Both the position numbers and the translations under genes were made by a program. The notes under the pieces are model-generated. The model did not search any database, was not told where the DNA came from, and worked only from the letters and a program-made list of their open reading frames with translations. Positions 32,919 to 43,177 of a stretch of 64,000 bases of DNA are shown piece by piece. Position 1 is the first letter of the stretch; each line of letters starts with the position of its first letter. This DNA is from an uncultured Planctomycetota bacterium (GTDB lineage Bacteria; Planctomycetota; Planctomycetia; Gemmatales; Gemmataceae): positions 96,001 through 160,000 of the forward strand of contig CAWKHF010000006.1 of NCBI GenBank assembly GCA_963849325.1, read 5' to 3'.

Positions 32919-33667
32919 ATGAGCCCGCCGTTCCGTTCCGCGCCTCGAATCGTCCTCCCTTCGTTTGCCGCCTTCCTCCAGGGGCAGGCGTTGCGCCTGC
33001 TGCGTGCGGCCTGGGACGCGGCCCGGGCCGAGGGCCGCGACGTTTGGCAGTTCGCCGTGGAGATCGGCCAACTCCGCGCCCTGGGACTGAGTTCACACGG
33101 ACCTGCGCCGCCTGCTGTGCCGCGGCTACCTGCGCATGCCCGCGAACGCACGCGCTTGGGGACCGGCCAACGCGCCTTCCGCGCTCTCGATAGCCTGGTC
33201 CTGCCGAGCCGAACTTGCTTCGTACTGACCGAGGAGGGACGGAGGGCCGTCTCCGCTCTGGCCGTCGAGGGGGAGATGGACGCGCATCCCTTCGGAGTGG
33301 TGCCGCGCTGGACGGCGCGACGCGGCGGTTGTCGTGGCAGGGTTGCCTCATCAAACAGTTCCAAAAGGTTGCGGCCAACCAGGAGAGAGTGCTGGCCGTG
33401 CTGGAGGAGGAGGGTTGGCCGCCGTGCGTCGATGATCCGCTGCCGCCGGTTCGGGGCATCGATCCCAAGGTCCGCCTGCACGACACGATCAAGGCCCTCA
33501 ACCGGAGCCATCGGCTGCGGATCATCTCCTTCCGTGGCGACGGCAGTGGTCGGGGCATTCGCTGGGACTACTGGAAACCGGAGCTTCCCCCAACTTCCCC
33601 CCAAGCGCCCCTTGAGGATCCCACGGAGGCCGAGAACAAGCCGCGAGGTCCGGTTTCCGAGCGGTAA
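32919..33667 (+). CDS. Hypothetical protein with possible C-terminal winged-helix DNA-binding domain (several indels)
   Basis: C-terminal frame RRLSWQGCLIKQF..NQERVLAVLEEEGWP..RLHDTIKALNR..FRGDGSGRGIRW resembles an OmpR-type wHTH. Confidence 0.55.
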
Positions 33668-33842
33668 GCGGCCGTCCAACCAAAAGTCCCCATTTCGCCG
33701 AAGGCCGCGACCGGACACCTTTTCTCTCCCTTGTTCCTTTTCCGGCGGCACGGCGGCGAGTAAGTTGGACGAATGGAAAAAATGCGTCCTCGGGAGAGAC
33801 GATTCGCTCGCGTCCGCACTTAACTATAGTATGAGCGCTGTC

Positions 33843-34478
33843 ATGAGCGATAATTCCGGCGAGGTTTCCGATCTGCTCCAACGAGCCGCCGCGGAGGATG
33901 CGGAGGCCCTACGGGAATTATTCTCCCGTTATCGCGATCGGCTCAAACGGATGGTCCACCTGCGTCTGAGCCGCCGGCTGTCGGGACGGGTGGACGATTC
34001 GGACGTGGTGCAGGAAGCGTTTCTGGAGATCAGCCGAAAATTGCCGGAATACGCGCGGGCGCCGCAGATGCCGTTGTTTCTGTGGCTGCGACACATGACC
34101 GGCCTGAAGTTGACGGAAATCCATCGCCGTCATCTGGGGACGCAGCTGCGCGATGCCGACCGCGAGGTCTCGCTGCATCGCGGCGGACTGCCCGAGGCCG
34201 ACTCCGTATCACTGGCGGCGCAACTGCTCGGCAAATTGACGACGCCCTCGCAGGCCGCCATCAAGGCCGAGCAGCGCATTTACGTCCAGGAAGCGCTCAA
34301 CAGCATGGACCCCCTTGACCGGGAAGTGCTGGCGCTGAAGCACTTCGAGCAGCTCAGTACCAGCGAAATCGCCCAGGTGCTGGGGCTGTCCAAGGCCGGC
34401 GCCGGCAGCCGTTATCTCCGCGCGATCAAACGGCTGCGCGAGATCCTCGAGCGCATTCCCGGTTTTCGGGACCTGTAA
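33843..34478 (+). CDS. ECF sigma-70 factor, planctomycete kinase-associated type
   Basis: LFSRYRDRLKRMVHLRL, RVDDSDVVQEA, WLR, TTPSQAA, DREVLALKHFEQLSTSEIAQVLG. Confidence 0.92.
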   Translation: MSDNSGEVSDLLQRAAAEDAEALRELFSRYRDRLKRMVHLRLSRRLSGRVDDSDVVQEAFLEISRKLPEYARAPQMPLFLWLRHMTGLKLTEIHRRHLGTQLRDADREVSLHRGGLPEADSVSLAAQLLGKLTTPSQAAIKAEQRIYVQEALNSMDPLDREVLALKHFEQLSTSEIAQVLGLSKAGAGSRYLRAIKRLREILERIPGFRDL

Positions 34479-34550
34479 CCACCACGGACAGCGACAGAGG
34501 CGGATTCCCTGCTAACCGTTCGTTCGCTCCATCAATGGGGAGGGGGCCGT

Positions 34551-37500
34551 ATGTCCGCATCGGAATCGCGTTCCGCGGTCGTGCTGGAATTGGCGGAGGA
34601 GTTTCTGGAACGCTACCGCCAGGGACAACGGCCGTCCCTCAAGGAATACATCGACCGCCATCCCGAGCTGGCCGCCGACATCAAGGACGTGTTCCCGGCC
34701 ATGGCCCTGATGGAGAACGTCGCCCTGGCCGATGAATCTCTGGCCGACGAGGCCACCGGGCCGGCCCCGACGACCGGGGCCGCGCCGCCGACGCAACTGG
34801 GCGATTATCGCATCCTCCGCGAGGTCGGCCGAGGCGGAATGGGCATCGTCTACGAGGCCGAGCAGATCTCGCTGGGACGCCACGTCGCGCTGAAAGTCCT
34901 GCCGCGCAAAATGTTCGTCGATGCCCAGCAACGACGGCGTTTCGAGCGCGAGTCCAAGGCGGCGGCCCGGCTGCACCACACCAACATCGTGCCGGTCTTC
35001 GGCGTCGGCGAGCACGAGGGCTTGCCCTATTACGTCATGCAGTTCATTCAAGGGCTGGGACTGGATGACGTGCTCGACGAGCTGAAACGCATGCACGGCG
35101 GCACGCCGACGGCGACGGGCGGCGAACTGCGTGTCGGACGCAAGGACGTGTCGGCGGCGGACGCGGCCCACTCGCTCCTGACCGGCGCCTTCCAGGAGCC
35201 GAGCGGGGGGCGTCAGCCCCCGGAGTTTCGCCCCTCTCAGGGGGCTGACGCCCCCCGCTCCACCGAGGGCAGCACCGACAAACTGTCCGATTCGTTCACC
35301 TTGTCATCGTCGGCGGTGAAGCTGCCCGGCTCGGGCGGGGTCGCGCACAGCAAGGGCAAGAAGGCGAGTTACGGACAGAGCGTGGCCCGGATCGGCGTGC
35401 AGGTGGCCGACGCTCTGGAATACGCCCACAAGCAGGGCATTCAGCACCGCGACATCAAGCCCTCCAATCTGCTCCTGGACACGCGCGGCACCGTCTGGGT
35501 GACGGACTTCGGCCTGGCCCGGGCCGACAGCGAGGACCATCTGACGCAGACCGGCGACATTGTCGGCACGCTGCGCTACATGCCGCCGGAGGCCTTCGAG
35601 GGGCGAGCGGACAAGCGCGGCGACATCTATTCGCTGGGTTTGACGCTGTACGAATTGCTGGCGCTCCAGCCGGCCTTTGCGGAACGAGACCGCCATCGGC
35701 TCATCAAGCTCGTGACGACGGAAGAGCCGGCGCGGTTGGACAAGCTGAACCGGGCCATCCCGCGCGACCTGGTGACGATCGTCCACAAGGCCATCGACCG
35801 CGAGCCGTCCCGTCGTTATGCGACGGCCGGCGAGCTGGCGGCCGATTTGCAGCGCTTTCTCGACGATGAGCCGATCCGGGCGCGGCGTATTTCGTTCGTG
35901 GAGCGCTTCGGGCGATGGTGCCGCCATCATCCGGGCGTGGCGACGCTGACGACGACGCTGGCCGCGATCCTTCTCGCCGTCACGATGGCCTCGGTTTTCG
36001 CGGCGGCCCGCTTCGATGGGCTGGCCCGCGAGCAAGCGACGGCGGCGGAGAACGAACGGCAGGCGCGGCGCGAGGCCGAGGAAGCCAAGGAACACGAGGC
36101 GGCACTGCGCAAACAAGCGGAGAGCAATCTGCGCGAGGCGGAACGGCAAAAGCAACGAGCCGACGCCAACTTCGCCAAGGCCCAGAAGGCGGTGGACGAT
36201 TATTTCACCACGGTCAGCGATAGCCACCTGCTGCGCGCCGCGGGCATGCAGCCGCTCCGCCGCGACTTGCTGCAATCGGCGCTGGCGTTTTACCAGGACT
36301 TCCTCAAGGAGCGCGGCGACGATCCGGCCCTGCGCGGCGACCTGGCGGCGGCCTTTCTGCGCGTGGGCAAGATTCGCCTGGAGCTGGGCGAAAGGGCCGC
36401 GTCAGGCAAAGCCTACGCGCAGGCGCGGCAGCTGTACGAGGCGCTGACCAGGGCCGCGCCCGAGTCCGTCGAGTGGCGGCACGGCCTGGCCCAGTCCTAT
36501 TACGGTCTGGGCCGCAATGACGAGGCCATCGCTCTGTGGCAGAAGCTGGTCCAACCCGATCAGTCCCGCTTCCAGAAGGAGCTGGCCGATGCCTATCACA
36601 TTCGGGCGTCCAGGTATCAGAAAGAGGGCAAGATCGCCGAGGCGTTGCAGGTACGCCAGCAGATCCTGCCTATCCGGGAAAGGCTGCTCCGTCTCCACCC
36701 CGACGACCCCGACGCCCAGCGCGACCTGGGCGGGGCGCTGAGCAACCTGGGCGGCCTCCTGCTCCGAAACGGACGGCTCGCGGAGACGCTGACGCTGTTT
36801 CGTCGAGCCGCCGATCACGCCGAAGCCGCCTTTGCCCGCGCGCCGCAGGTGATCGCCAATGGAACGTTCCTCGTTCTTTGCCAGAACTGGATCGCCTTCC
36901 TCGAACAACATTTCGGACGAGAGAAAGAGGCGCTGGCGGCCTTCCGGCGCGGCCTGGAAGTAGCGCGGAAAGTGGCGCGAGACAATCCGGCGGTCCCGCA
37001 AGCACAGAGCTACCTGTTCCGATCCTACAGCTACCTGGCGCACTACCAGCGCGAACTGAAACAAACCGAGCAGGCGGAACGGAACATGAGGCTGGCCCGC
37101 GAAGTCGGCGAGCGCTTGCCCAGCGACAGTCCCTTCGACCTGTATAACCTGGCCTGCTACCGGGCCCTCTGTTCGACCTCCTTCCGCCAGGGCAACGAGA
37201 AAGCGACGGCCGAGGAGCAGGCCGAGCAAAAGCGCGAGGCGGACCTGGCGATGGAGACGTTACGCAAGGCCGTCGCCGCCGGCTATCAGGAACTGGAGTG
37301 GATTCGCCAGGATTCGGACCTGAACGTGCTGCGCAGCCGAGCGGACTTCAAGGCCCTGGAAGCGGACCTCGCCGCCCGCCTGGCCAAGCCGCCGGACAAG
37401 CTCAAGGCGAACGAGCAGACCCTGGCCCTGCGTCAGAAGTTGGTGGAGGCCGATCCCAAAAACAAGCAGCTTCGCGCCGACCTGGCCGCCAGCCAGCACG

Positions 37501-40082
37501 CCATCGCCCTCATTCAGCTCGACCTCGGCAAGACGGACGAAGCACAAAAGCAACTGCAACAGGCCATCGCCCTGCGCGAAGCCCTGGTCCAGGACGAGCC
37601 AAAGAATGCCCAATACCAGGCGGACCTGGCGGTGAGCCGCTTCGCCCTGGGTGAGTTTCATTGGCAGTCCGGCCGGCTGGCCGAGGCCGCCAGGACGTGG
37701 CAGCGCCAGCTGGACGCTCTGGAAGCGGCCACGCGCCAGGCACCCGATCACTCCTCCTTCACCAGCCAGCTTGTCGCCATGCGGCGAACCGTCGGCGAAC
37801 ATTACGCGCGGGCCGGGCTGTTCCCCGATGCGGCTGCCCAATTCGACCGTCTGATCCAATGGGAAGGAGCGAGCGAGGAGGACTATTACAATGCGGCCTG
37901 CCTGGCGCTGCGGGCCGGCGATGCCGCCGCTTATCGCCGAAACTGTGAGGCCATGGCCAAACGATTTGCGGACGCCACGGAAGGGAGCCACGGTCGCATG
38001 TTGGTCTGGGCCGGCGGTCTCGCGGACAACTCCGGCGTGGATAGTTCGCAACTGCTCAAGCGCGTGAGCGTCACGACGGAAACGAACACGGCCCGCGAGC
38101 GTTGGTGGCATCTCGTGCTTGCGCTGACTCATTACCGGGCCGGCCGGTTCGCCGAAGCGATTGCCCATGCGAACCAATCGACGGCCCCCAATCCGAGTTG
38201 GATGAGCAAGCTCCAGAGCTGGCCGGTGCTGGCGATGGCGCATCACCGCCTCGGACACGCCGCCGAGTCGCGGAAATGGCTGGACCAATCGCTCGCGGAA
38301 TGGCGCCGCCTCAGTCCTCTGCTGCGTTCTCCCGACAGCCGGATCGTCCTTCCGTCTACTTCGGGAGACTGGAACAAGTACTGGCACGATTGGCTGACAT
38401 TTGAGGTCCTTCTCCGCGAGGCATCCCTGTTGATTGCGGGCGTCGCGCCGGTGGCAGAGGCTCACGACCATGCCCATCGCAGCTTGCTCTACCGCCAGCT
38501 CGGCGAGAGCGCGAAGGCCGAGGCCGAATGGCAGACGGCCATCCGGCTCGCGCCGCGCGAGCCGGCGATGTGGCTGGCGCGGGCGCGCGTCTTCGCTCAG
38601 CTGGGTCAACACGATAAGGCCGACGCCGACTTCGCCAGGGCCGCCGCCCTGACGCCCGAGGAGCTGGATCGCTTTCCCCAGGCCGGCTGGTGGGTGGTGG
38701 GGCCGTATCCGGAAGACCTCAAACGGCCCTGTCCACCGGAAAAGGAGCCGGACCCGTCCCGTCCCGTCGCCGCCGCCGAGGGCGCCAAGGAATACCATTG
38801 GCAGCCGGCCCCCACGGAGCCGGCCGGCTTGGTGGATCTGTGGAAGTTCTTCAAGGCGAAACACATCTCGGCCTACGCTCTGACCTACGTGTATTCGCCC
38901 AAGGAGCGGACGGCGCTGCTGATGGTCGGCGGAGACGACCGAGTTCGCGTCTGGCTCAATGGCCGACTGTTTCACGAAAGAAATCAAGCGCTCGGTGCGG
39001 CCTGGGAGCCGGACCTTGTTCCGGTGACGCTCAAAGCCGGCCGGAATGTCTTGTTGTGCAAAGTGAGCCAAGTTGTCGGCAACCACTATTTGTTCTTGCG
39101 GATCGGCGACAACCCCATCGATCGCGCCATTGTTCGCGCCAAGCTGGGCTTGTGGGAGGAGGCCGCTGCCCTGTTCGAGCGCGGCATCGACCGGCACTCG
39201 TCTGTGGAACTCGATTGCCGGTATTGCCAGACCCATCTGCTCGTGGGCGACACGGCCGCTTATCGCCGCCGCCTGGACCGCATGTTGGAGCTTTACGACC
39301 AGAACAACATCGCCTGGGCCTGGTTAGCTTACGTGGGGGGAATGGTGGACAGCGCGGTCAAACCCCTGCGGCTGGTGGAGCTGGCAGAGCATGGCCTGGA
39401 GCGCAACAACAACGGCTTTGCTTTCCATGCCGCCGGACTCGCCCACTACCGTGCCGGCCAATGGGATCGAGCCATCGAGCGGTTTGAAGAGAGCTTGAAA
39501 AATCCCCGCTGGCAAGTCGCGGGGGGCCATGCCTCCGAATTCGGGTTGGCCCTGACCCACCACCGCCTGGGCCATGCCCAGCAAGCCCGCCAATGGTTCG
39601 ACAAGGCCGAGCAATGGTACGACAAGGCGATGGAGCAGGCGCGCGCTTCCTCCCCCCGCTCCGCGACGCTCTTTAACTGGGCGGATTGGCCGAATTTCGT
39701 CCTTCTCCGCCGCGAGGCCCACAAGGTAATCCTGGGGACGGAACCCGCGGACGATCCGCGTTTGAAGCAATTAACCGACAGGATGCGCGACTGGCTCCAG
39801 AAGCGCGATCCGGCCACGGTCGATTACGACGTGGCGATTTCCCTGCACTCCTGGCAACCGCGTCTGCGGCTGGCGCACGGCCGCCGCCTGGCCGAGCTGA
39901 AACGCTACAAGGAAGCCGAAGCCGACCTGAATTTGGCCGTGCAGCGCCAACCCGACGATCCGGAAGTGTGGAAAGCACGCGGACAGATTTACGCCGAGAC
40001 CGGACAGAAGGACAAGGCCGCCGCGGACTTTCACCAGGCCCAAACGCTGATCGAACAACACAAAGCCGAGCCGAAGAAGTGA
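34551..40082 (+). CDS. 1843-aa Ser/Thr kinase with TM segment, TPR arrays and a jelly-roll-like insert
   Basis: VGRGGMGIV, HRDIKPSN, DFGLA, GTLRYMPPE; TPR repeats; WWVVGPY..AYALTYVYSP..GGDDRVRVWLNG..LKAGRNVLLCKV. Confidence 0.93.
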   Translation: MSASESRSAVVLELAEEFLERYRQGQRPSLKEYIDRHPELAADIKDVFPAMALMENVALADESLADEATGPAPTTGAAPPTQLGDYRILREVGRGGMGIVYEAEQISLGRHVALKVLPRKMFVDAQQRRRFERESKAAARLHHTNIVPVFGVGEHEGLPYYVMQFIQGLGLDDVLDELKRMHGGTPTATGGELRVGRKDVSAADAAHSLLTGAFQEPSGGRQPPEFRPSQGADAPRSTEGSTDKLSDSFTLSSSAVKLPGSGGVAHSKGKKASYGQSVARIGVQVADALEYAHKQGIQHRDIKPSNLLLDTRGTVWVTDFGLARADSEDHLTQTGDIVGTLRYMPPEAFEGRADKRGDIYSLGLTLYELLALQPAFAERDRHRLIKLVTTEEPARLDKLNRAIPRDLVTIVHKAIDREPSRRYATAGELAADLQRFLDDEPIRARRISFVERFGRWCRHHPGVATLTTTLAAILLAVTMASVFAAARFDGLAREQATAAENERQARREAEEAKEHEAALRKQAESNLREAERQKQRADANFAKAQKAVDDYFTTVSDSHLLRAAGMQPLRRDLLQSALAFYQDFLKERGDDPALRGDLAAAFLRVGKIRLELGERAASGKAYAQARQLYEALTRAAPESVEWRHGLAQSYYGLGRNDEAIALWQKLVQPDQSRFQKELADAYHIRASRYQKEGKIAEALQVRQQILPIRERLLRLHPDDPDAQRDLGGALSNLGGLLLRNGRLAETLTLFRRAADHAEAAFARAPQVIANGTFLVLCQNWIAFLEQHFGREKEALAAFRRGLEVARKVARDNPAVPQAQSYLFRSYSYLAHYQRELKQTEQAERNMRLAREVGERLPSDSPFDLYNLACYRALCSTSFRQGNEKATAEEQAEQKREADLAMETLRKAVAAGYQELEWIRQDSDLNVLRSRADFKALEADLAARLAKPPDKLKANEQTLALRQKLVEADPKNKQLRADLAASQHAIALIQLDLGKTDEAQKQLQQAIALREALVQDEPKNAQYQADLAVSRFALGEFHWQSGRLAEAARTWQRQLDALEAATRQAPDHSSFTSQLVAMRRTVGEHYARAGLFPDAAAQFDRLIQWEGASEEDYYNAACLALRAGDAAAYRRNCEAMAKRFADATEGSHGRMLVWAGGLADNSGVDSSQLLKRVSVTTETNTARERWWHLVLALTHYRAGRFAEAIAHANQSTAPNPSWMSKLQSWPVLAMAHHRLGHAAESRKWLDQSLAEWRRLSPLLRSPDSRIVLPSTSGDWNKYWHDWLTFEVLLREASLLIAGVAPVAEAHDHAHRSLLYRQLGESAKAEAEWQTAIRLAPREPAMWLARARVFAQLGQHDKADADFARAAALTPEELDRFPQAGWWVVGPYPEDLKRPCPPEKEPDPSRPVAAAEGAKEYHWQPAPTEPAGLVDLWKFFKAKHISAYALTYVYSPKERTALLMVGGDDRVRVWLNGRLFHERNQALGAAWEPDLVPVTLKAGRNVLLCKVSQVVGNHYLFLRIGDNPIDRAIVRAKLGLWEEAAALFERGIDRHSSVELDCRYCQTHLLVGDTAAYRRRLDRMLELYDQNNIAWAWLAYVGGMVDSAVKPLRLVELAEHGLERNNNGFAFHAAGLAHYRAGQWDRAIERFEESLKNPRWQVAGGHASEFGLALTHHRLGHAQQARQWFDKAEQWYDKAMEQARASSPRSATLFNWADWPNFVLLRREAHKVILGTEPADDPRLKQLTDRMRDWLQKRDPATVDYDVAISLHSWQPRLRLAHGRRLAELKRYKEAEADLNLAVQRQPDDPEVWKARGQIYAETGQKDKAAADFHQAQTLIEQHKAEPKK
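35201..35260. repeat. Family D palindrome lying in frame inside the kinase gene
   Basis: 60 nt matching 11241-11299; encodes SGGRQPPEFRPSQGADAPRS. Confidence 0.88.
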
Positions 40083-40102
40083 TGCGCGGAAAGGACGATC
40101 TT

Positions 40103-40157
40103 TCGGAGCCCGCGGCGTCAGCGAGGGTCATTCCCTCGCTGACGCCGCGGGCTCCGA
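40103..40157. repeat. Perfect palindrome between convergent genes (REP-like; possible bidirectional terminator)
   Basis: TCGGAGCCCGCGGCGTCAGCGAGGG-TCATT-inverse. Confidence 0.8.
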
Positions 40158-40179
40158 CAACACCTCGTTGGCTCCGGCC

Positions 40180-42702
40180 CTAGGCGCCGTGATAATCGAT
40201 GTCCTTGACCTCCAGCGCGTATTTCTGGATGAAATCGCGGCGCGGCTCGACCTTCTCGCCCATCAGCATGCGGAACATCTCATCCGCCTTCAGCGCGTCG
40301 TCCAGCTGCACCTTGAGCAGGATGCGCTTGTCGGGGTCCAGCGTCGTCTCCCACAGCTCTTCGGGGTCCATCTCGCCCAGTCCCTTGAAGCGCGTGATCG
40401 ACAGGCCGCGCTCGCCCAGTTTGCGGACCTCGACGATCAGCTCGCGCAGGGTGGCCAGCAGACGGCGTTGTTCGCCGTTCTCCAGCACCAGTCGCGGCGG
40501 CGGCTCGCGGCCGGCCAGGCGCGGCGCCGGCACCAGATCGCTCGGCTTCAGGCCGAAGCGCTCGCAGCTCCGTCAGACCGCGATTGACCTCGGGCACCTC
40601 GTGCAGTTCCTGTTCGTACAGGACTTCGCCGTGGCCGTTGCCGCTGCGCCGGCGTCTCGTCGCCCACCACCAGTTCGCGGCCCAGACGTTCTTCCTCCGC
40701 TGGCGGAACGCGTCCACCTCCTCGCGGCTGTAACACCATTCGATCGTGGCTGCCCAGCAGCACGCGATAGCGCGGCAATCCGCCGGCGCCGTTGCGGGCC
40801 AAGAACTCGCGCAGGTTCAGGCCACGCCGCTCCAGCGTTTGCAGCGCTCCCTCCAGCCGGTTCAGCACTTGCAACAGCGCCGACAGCTCGCCGGCTTGCA
40901 GCACGCGCGGCGGCGTATCGCCCTCCGCCGGCGGCGGCAGCACACTCAGCCGCGTGTCGCGCAAGCCCGCGGTCGATCAGCTCGCGCTGCATCTCCTCGG
41001 CCGTCTGCACGAAGCGCACGTGCTTCTTCTGCGTCACCTTGTACAGCGGCGGCCGGGCCACGTAGATGTGGCCGTCGGCCACCAGGCGCGGCATCTGCCG
41101 ATAGAAGAACGTCAGCAGCAGCGTGCGGATGTGCTGGCCGTCCACGTCGGCGTCGGTCAGAATGATGACCTTGTCGTAGCGCAAATTCTTGAGATTATCG
41201 TCCTCGCTGTTGCCGATGTCGATGCCGATGGCGGAGATGAGGCTGCAAATCTCGTCGTTTTTCAGCAGGTTCTCGACACGGGCCTTCTCGACGTTGAGCG
41301 GCTTGCCGCGCAGCGGCAGGATGGCCTGGAACTTGCGGTCGCGGCCGGTCTCGGCCGAGCCGCCGGCCGAGTCGCCCTCCACCAGAAACAGTTCCGAGGC
41401 GTCGCGGTCGCGCTCGGTGCAGTCGAACAGCTTGCCCGGCAGACCGCCGCCGGACAGGATGCTCTTGCGGTCCTTCAGCGCCTTCTTGGCCTTGGCCGCC
41501 GCCTCGCGCGCCTCGGCCGCCAACGTCACCTTCTTCATGATCCGCTGGGCGTCCTTGGGGTTCTCCTCCAGGTACTTCGCCAGCTGTTCGTTGACGACGC
41601 TGGTGACGATGCCTTCGACCTCGGGGTTGTTCAGGCGGATCTTGTTCTGCGACTCGAACTGCGGCTCGGGGCACTGCACGCTGACGATGGCCGTCAGGCC
41701 CTCGCGGAAGTCCTCGCCGATGGGCGAGACGTTCTTGAACAATTCTTCCTTGCCGCCGTAGGTGTTGAGCGTGCGCGTCAGGGCCGCGCGGAAGCCGGAC
41801 AGGTGCGTGCCGCCGACCGGGTTGTAGGCGTTGTTGGCGTAGCAGCGCACGCGCTCCTCGTCGCTGGTCGTGTACTGCAGCGCCACCTCGACGCGGACGT
41901 CGTCCACCATCTTTTCGATGTAGATGGGCTTGTGCAGCACTTCCTCGGAGCGGTTGAGATAGGCGACGAACTCGGCGATGCCGCCGTCGTACTTGAACGT
42001 CTCTTCCTTGCCGGTGCGCTTGTCGATCAGCTGGAAGGCCAGCCCCTTGTTGAGGAAGGCCAGCTCGCGCAGGCGCACTTCCAGGGTGTCGTAGTCGAAG
42101 CGCGTCTCGTTGAAGATTTCGGGGTCGGGCTTGAAGGTGACGAGGGTGCCGGTGCCCTTGGCGGCGCCGATGTCCTTGACCTCGGTGATGGCCTTGCCGC
42201 GCTCGTATTCCTGCTTGTAGACGCGGCCGTTGCGGCGCACCTCGGCCTCGGTCCATTCGCTCAGGGCGGTGACCGCCTTGGCGCCCATGCCGTGCAGGCC
42301 GGCCGACACCTTGTACGATTCTTGTCGAACTTGGCGCCGGCGCCGACGGTGGTCAGCACCACTTCCAGCGTCGGCCGCTTGGCGTCGGGGTGCTCCTCGA
42401 CGGGGATGCCGCGGCCGTCGTCGGTGACGCTGATGCTGCCGTCCACGTTGATCTTGACCTGGATGTTGTGGCAGTGGCCCGCCAGTGCTTCGTCGACGCT
42501 GTTGTAGACCAGCTCGTAGACGAGGTGGTGCAGGCCGCTGGAGCCGGTGTCGCCGATGTACATGCCGGGGCGGCGGCGGATGTGGTCGGCGTCGCGCAGG
42601 ATCTGCACGTTGCTCGCCGCCGTAATCCTCGGAGGCGATCAACGTCGCCTGTTCCTCGGCGGTCAGAGCTTTGTCGGCGATCCCAACATTTTCTTCGTTC
42701 AT
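40180..42702 (-). CDS. gyrB: DNA gyrase subunit B (multiple indels)
   Basis: [75 protein letters not shown]. Confidence 0.96.
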
Positions 42703-42739
42703 CGGTGTGTCCTCACAAATCGGCGGTCGGCCGCCGCGT

Positions 42740-43066
42740 TCATTCCAGAACTCCCGCGCGGAAGCGCAGGTCGGTCAGGGGGGTATCGGGCAGACGGCGG
42801 CGCAGCTGTTCCAGCAGGCGCCGTTTGTGGAAATGGGCCAGTTCTTGCAGCAGCACGGCGTTGTCGACTGTCACCTCCAGCACGCCGCGGCGCAGGGCGG
42901 CGGGGCGCGTGTGGGCGGCGTGTTCGGCCCCGACGACCTCGGCCCAGGCTCGCTCCAGGTGCAGCCGGTCCTGCCGCCGACCCCAGCCGCGCGCCGTGAA
43001 CAGCCGGCTCAGAATCTCGCCCAGCCGCTCCGGTCCTCGATTGGGCACGTCCCGGCGTATGGCCAT
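42740..43066 (-). CDS. DUF721/DciA-like protein
   Basis: AWAEVVG..HTRPAALRRGVLEVTVDN..LQEL..LRFRAG; typical position between dnaN and gyrB. Confidence 0.85.
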   Translation of the reverse strand: MAIRRDVPNRGPERLGEILSRLFTARGWGRRQDRLHLERAWAEVVGAEHAAHTRPAALRRGVLEVTVDNAVLLQELAHFHKRRLLEQLRRRLPDTPLTDLRFRAGVLE

Positions 43067-43071
43067 GAATC

Positions 43072-43177
43072 AGTTCTGAGTTCTGAGTGCTGAGTTCTGA
43101 GTGCCCAACACACAGTCCTCAGTCTCCTATTTTCTTGCCCGTCTTTACTCAGAACTCAGAACTCAGCACTCAGAACT
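43072..43177. repeat. Inverted arrays of 7-bp tandem repeats (AGTTCTG / CAGAACT)
   Basis: About 4.5 units at 43072-43104 and complementary units at 43147-43177. Confidence 0.9.

Noticed and set aside
32919-34478. 519-aa sigma factor with a long N-terminal extension
   Set aside because: Chance in-frame joining of a frameshifted upstream gene to the ECF that starts near 33843.
11782-39236. Long antisense ORFs (e.g. 11782-15096, 18061-20064, 20001-21848, 37260-39236)
   Set aside because: Typical stop-poor shadows of high-GC genes, with no recognisable motifs.
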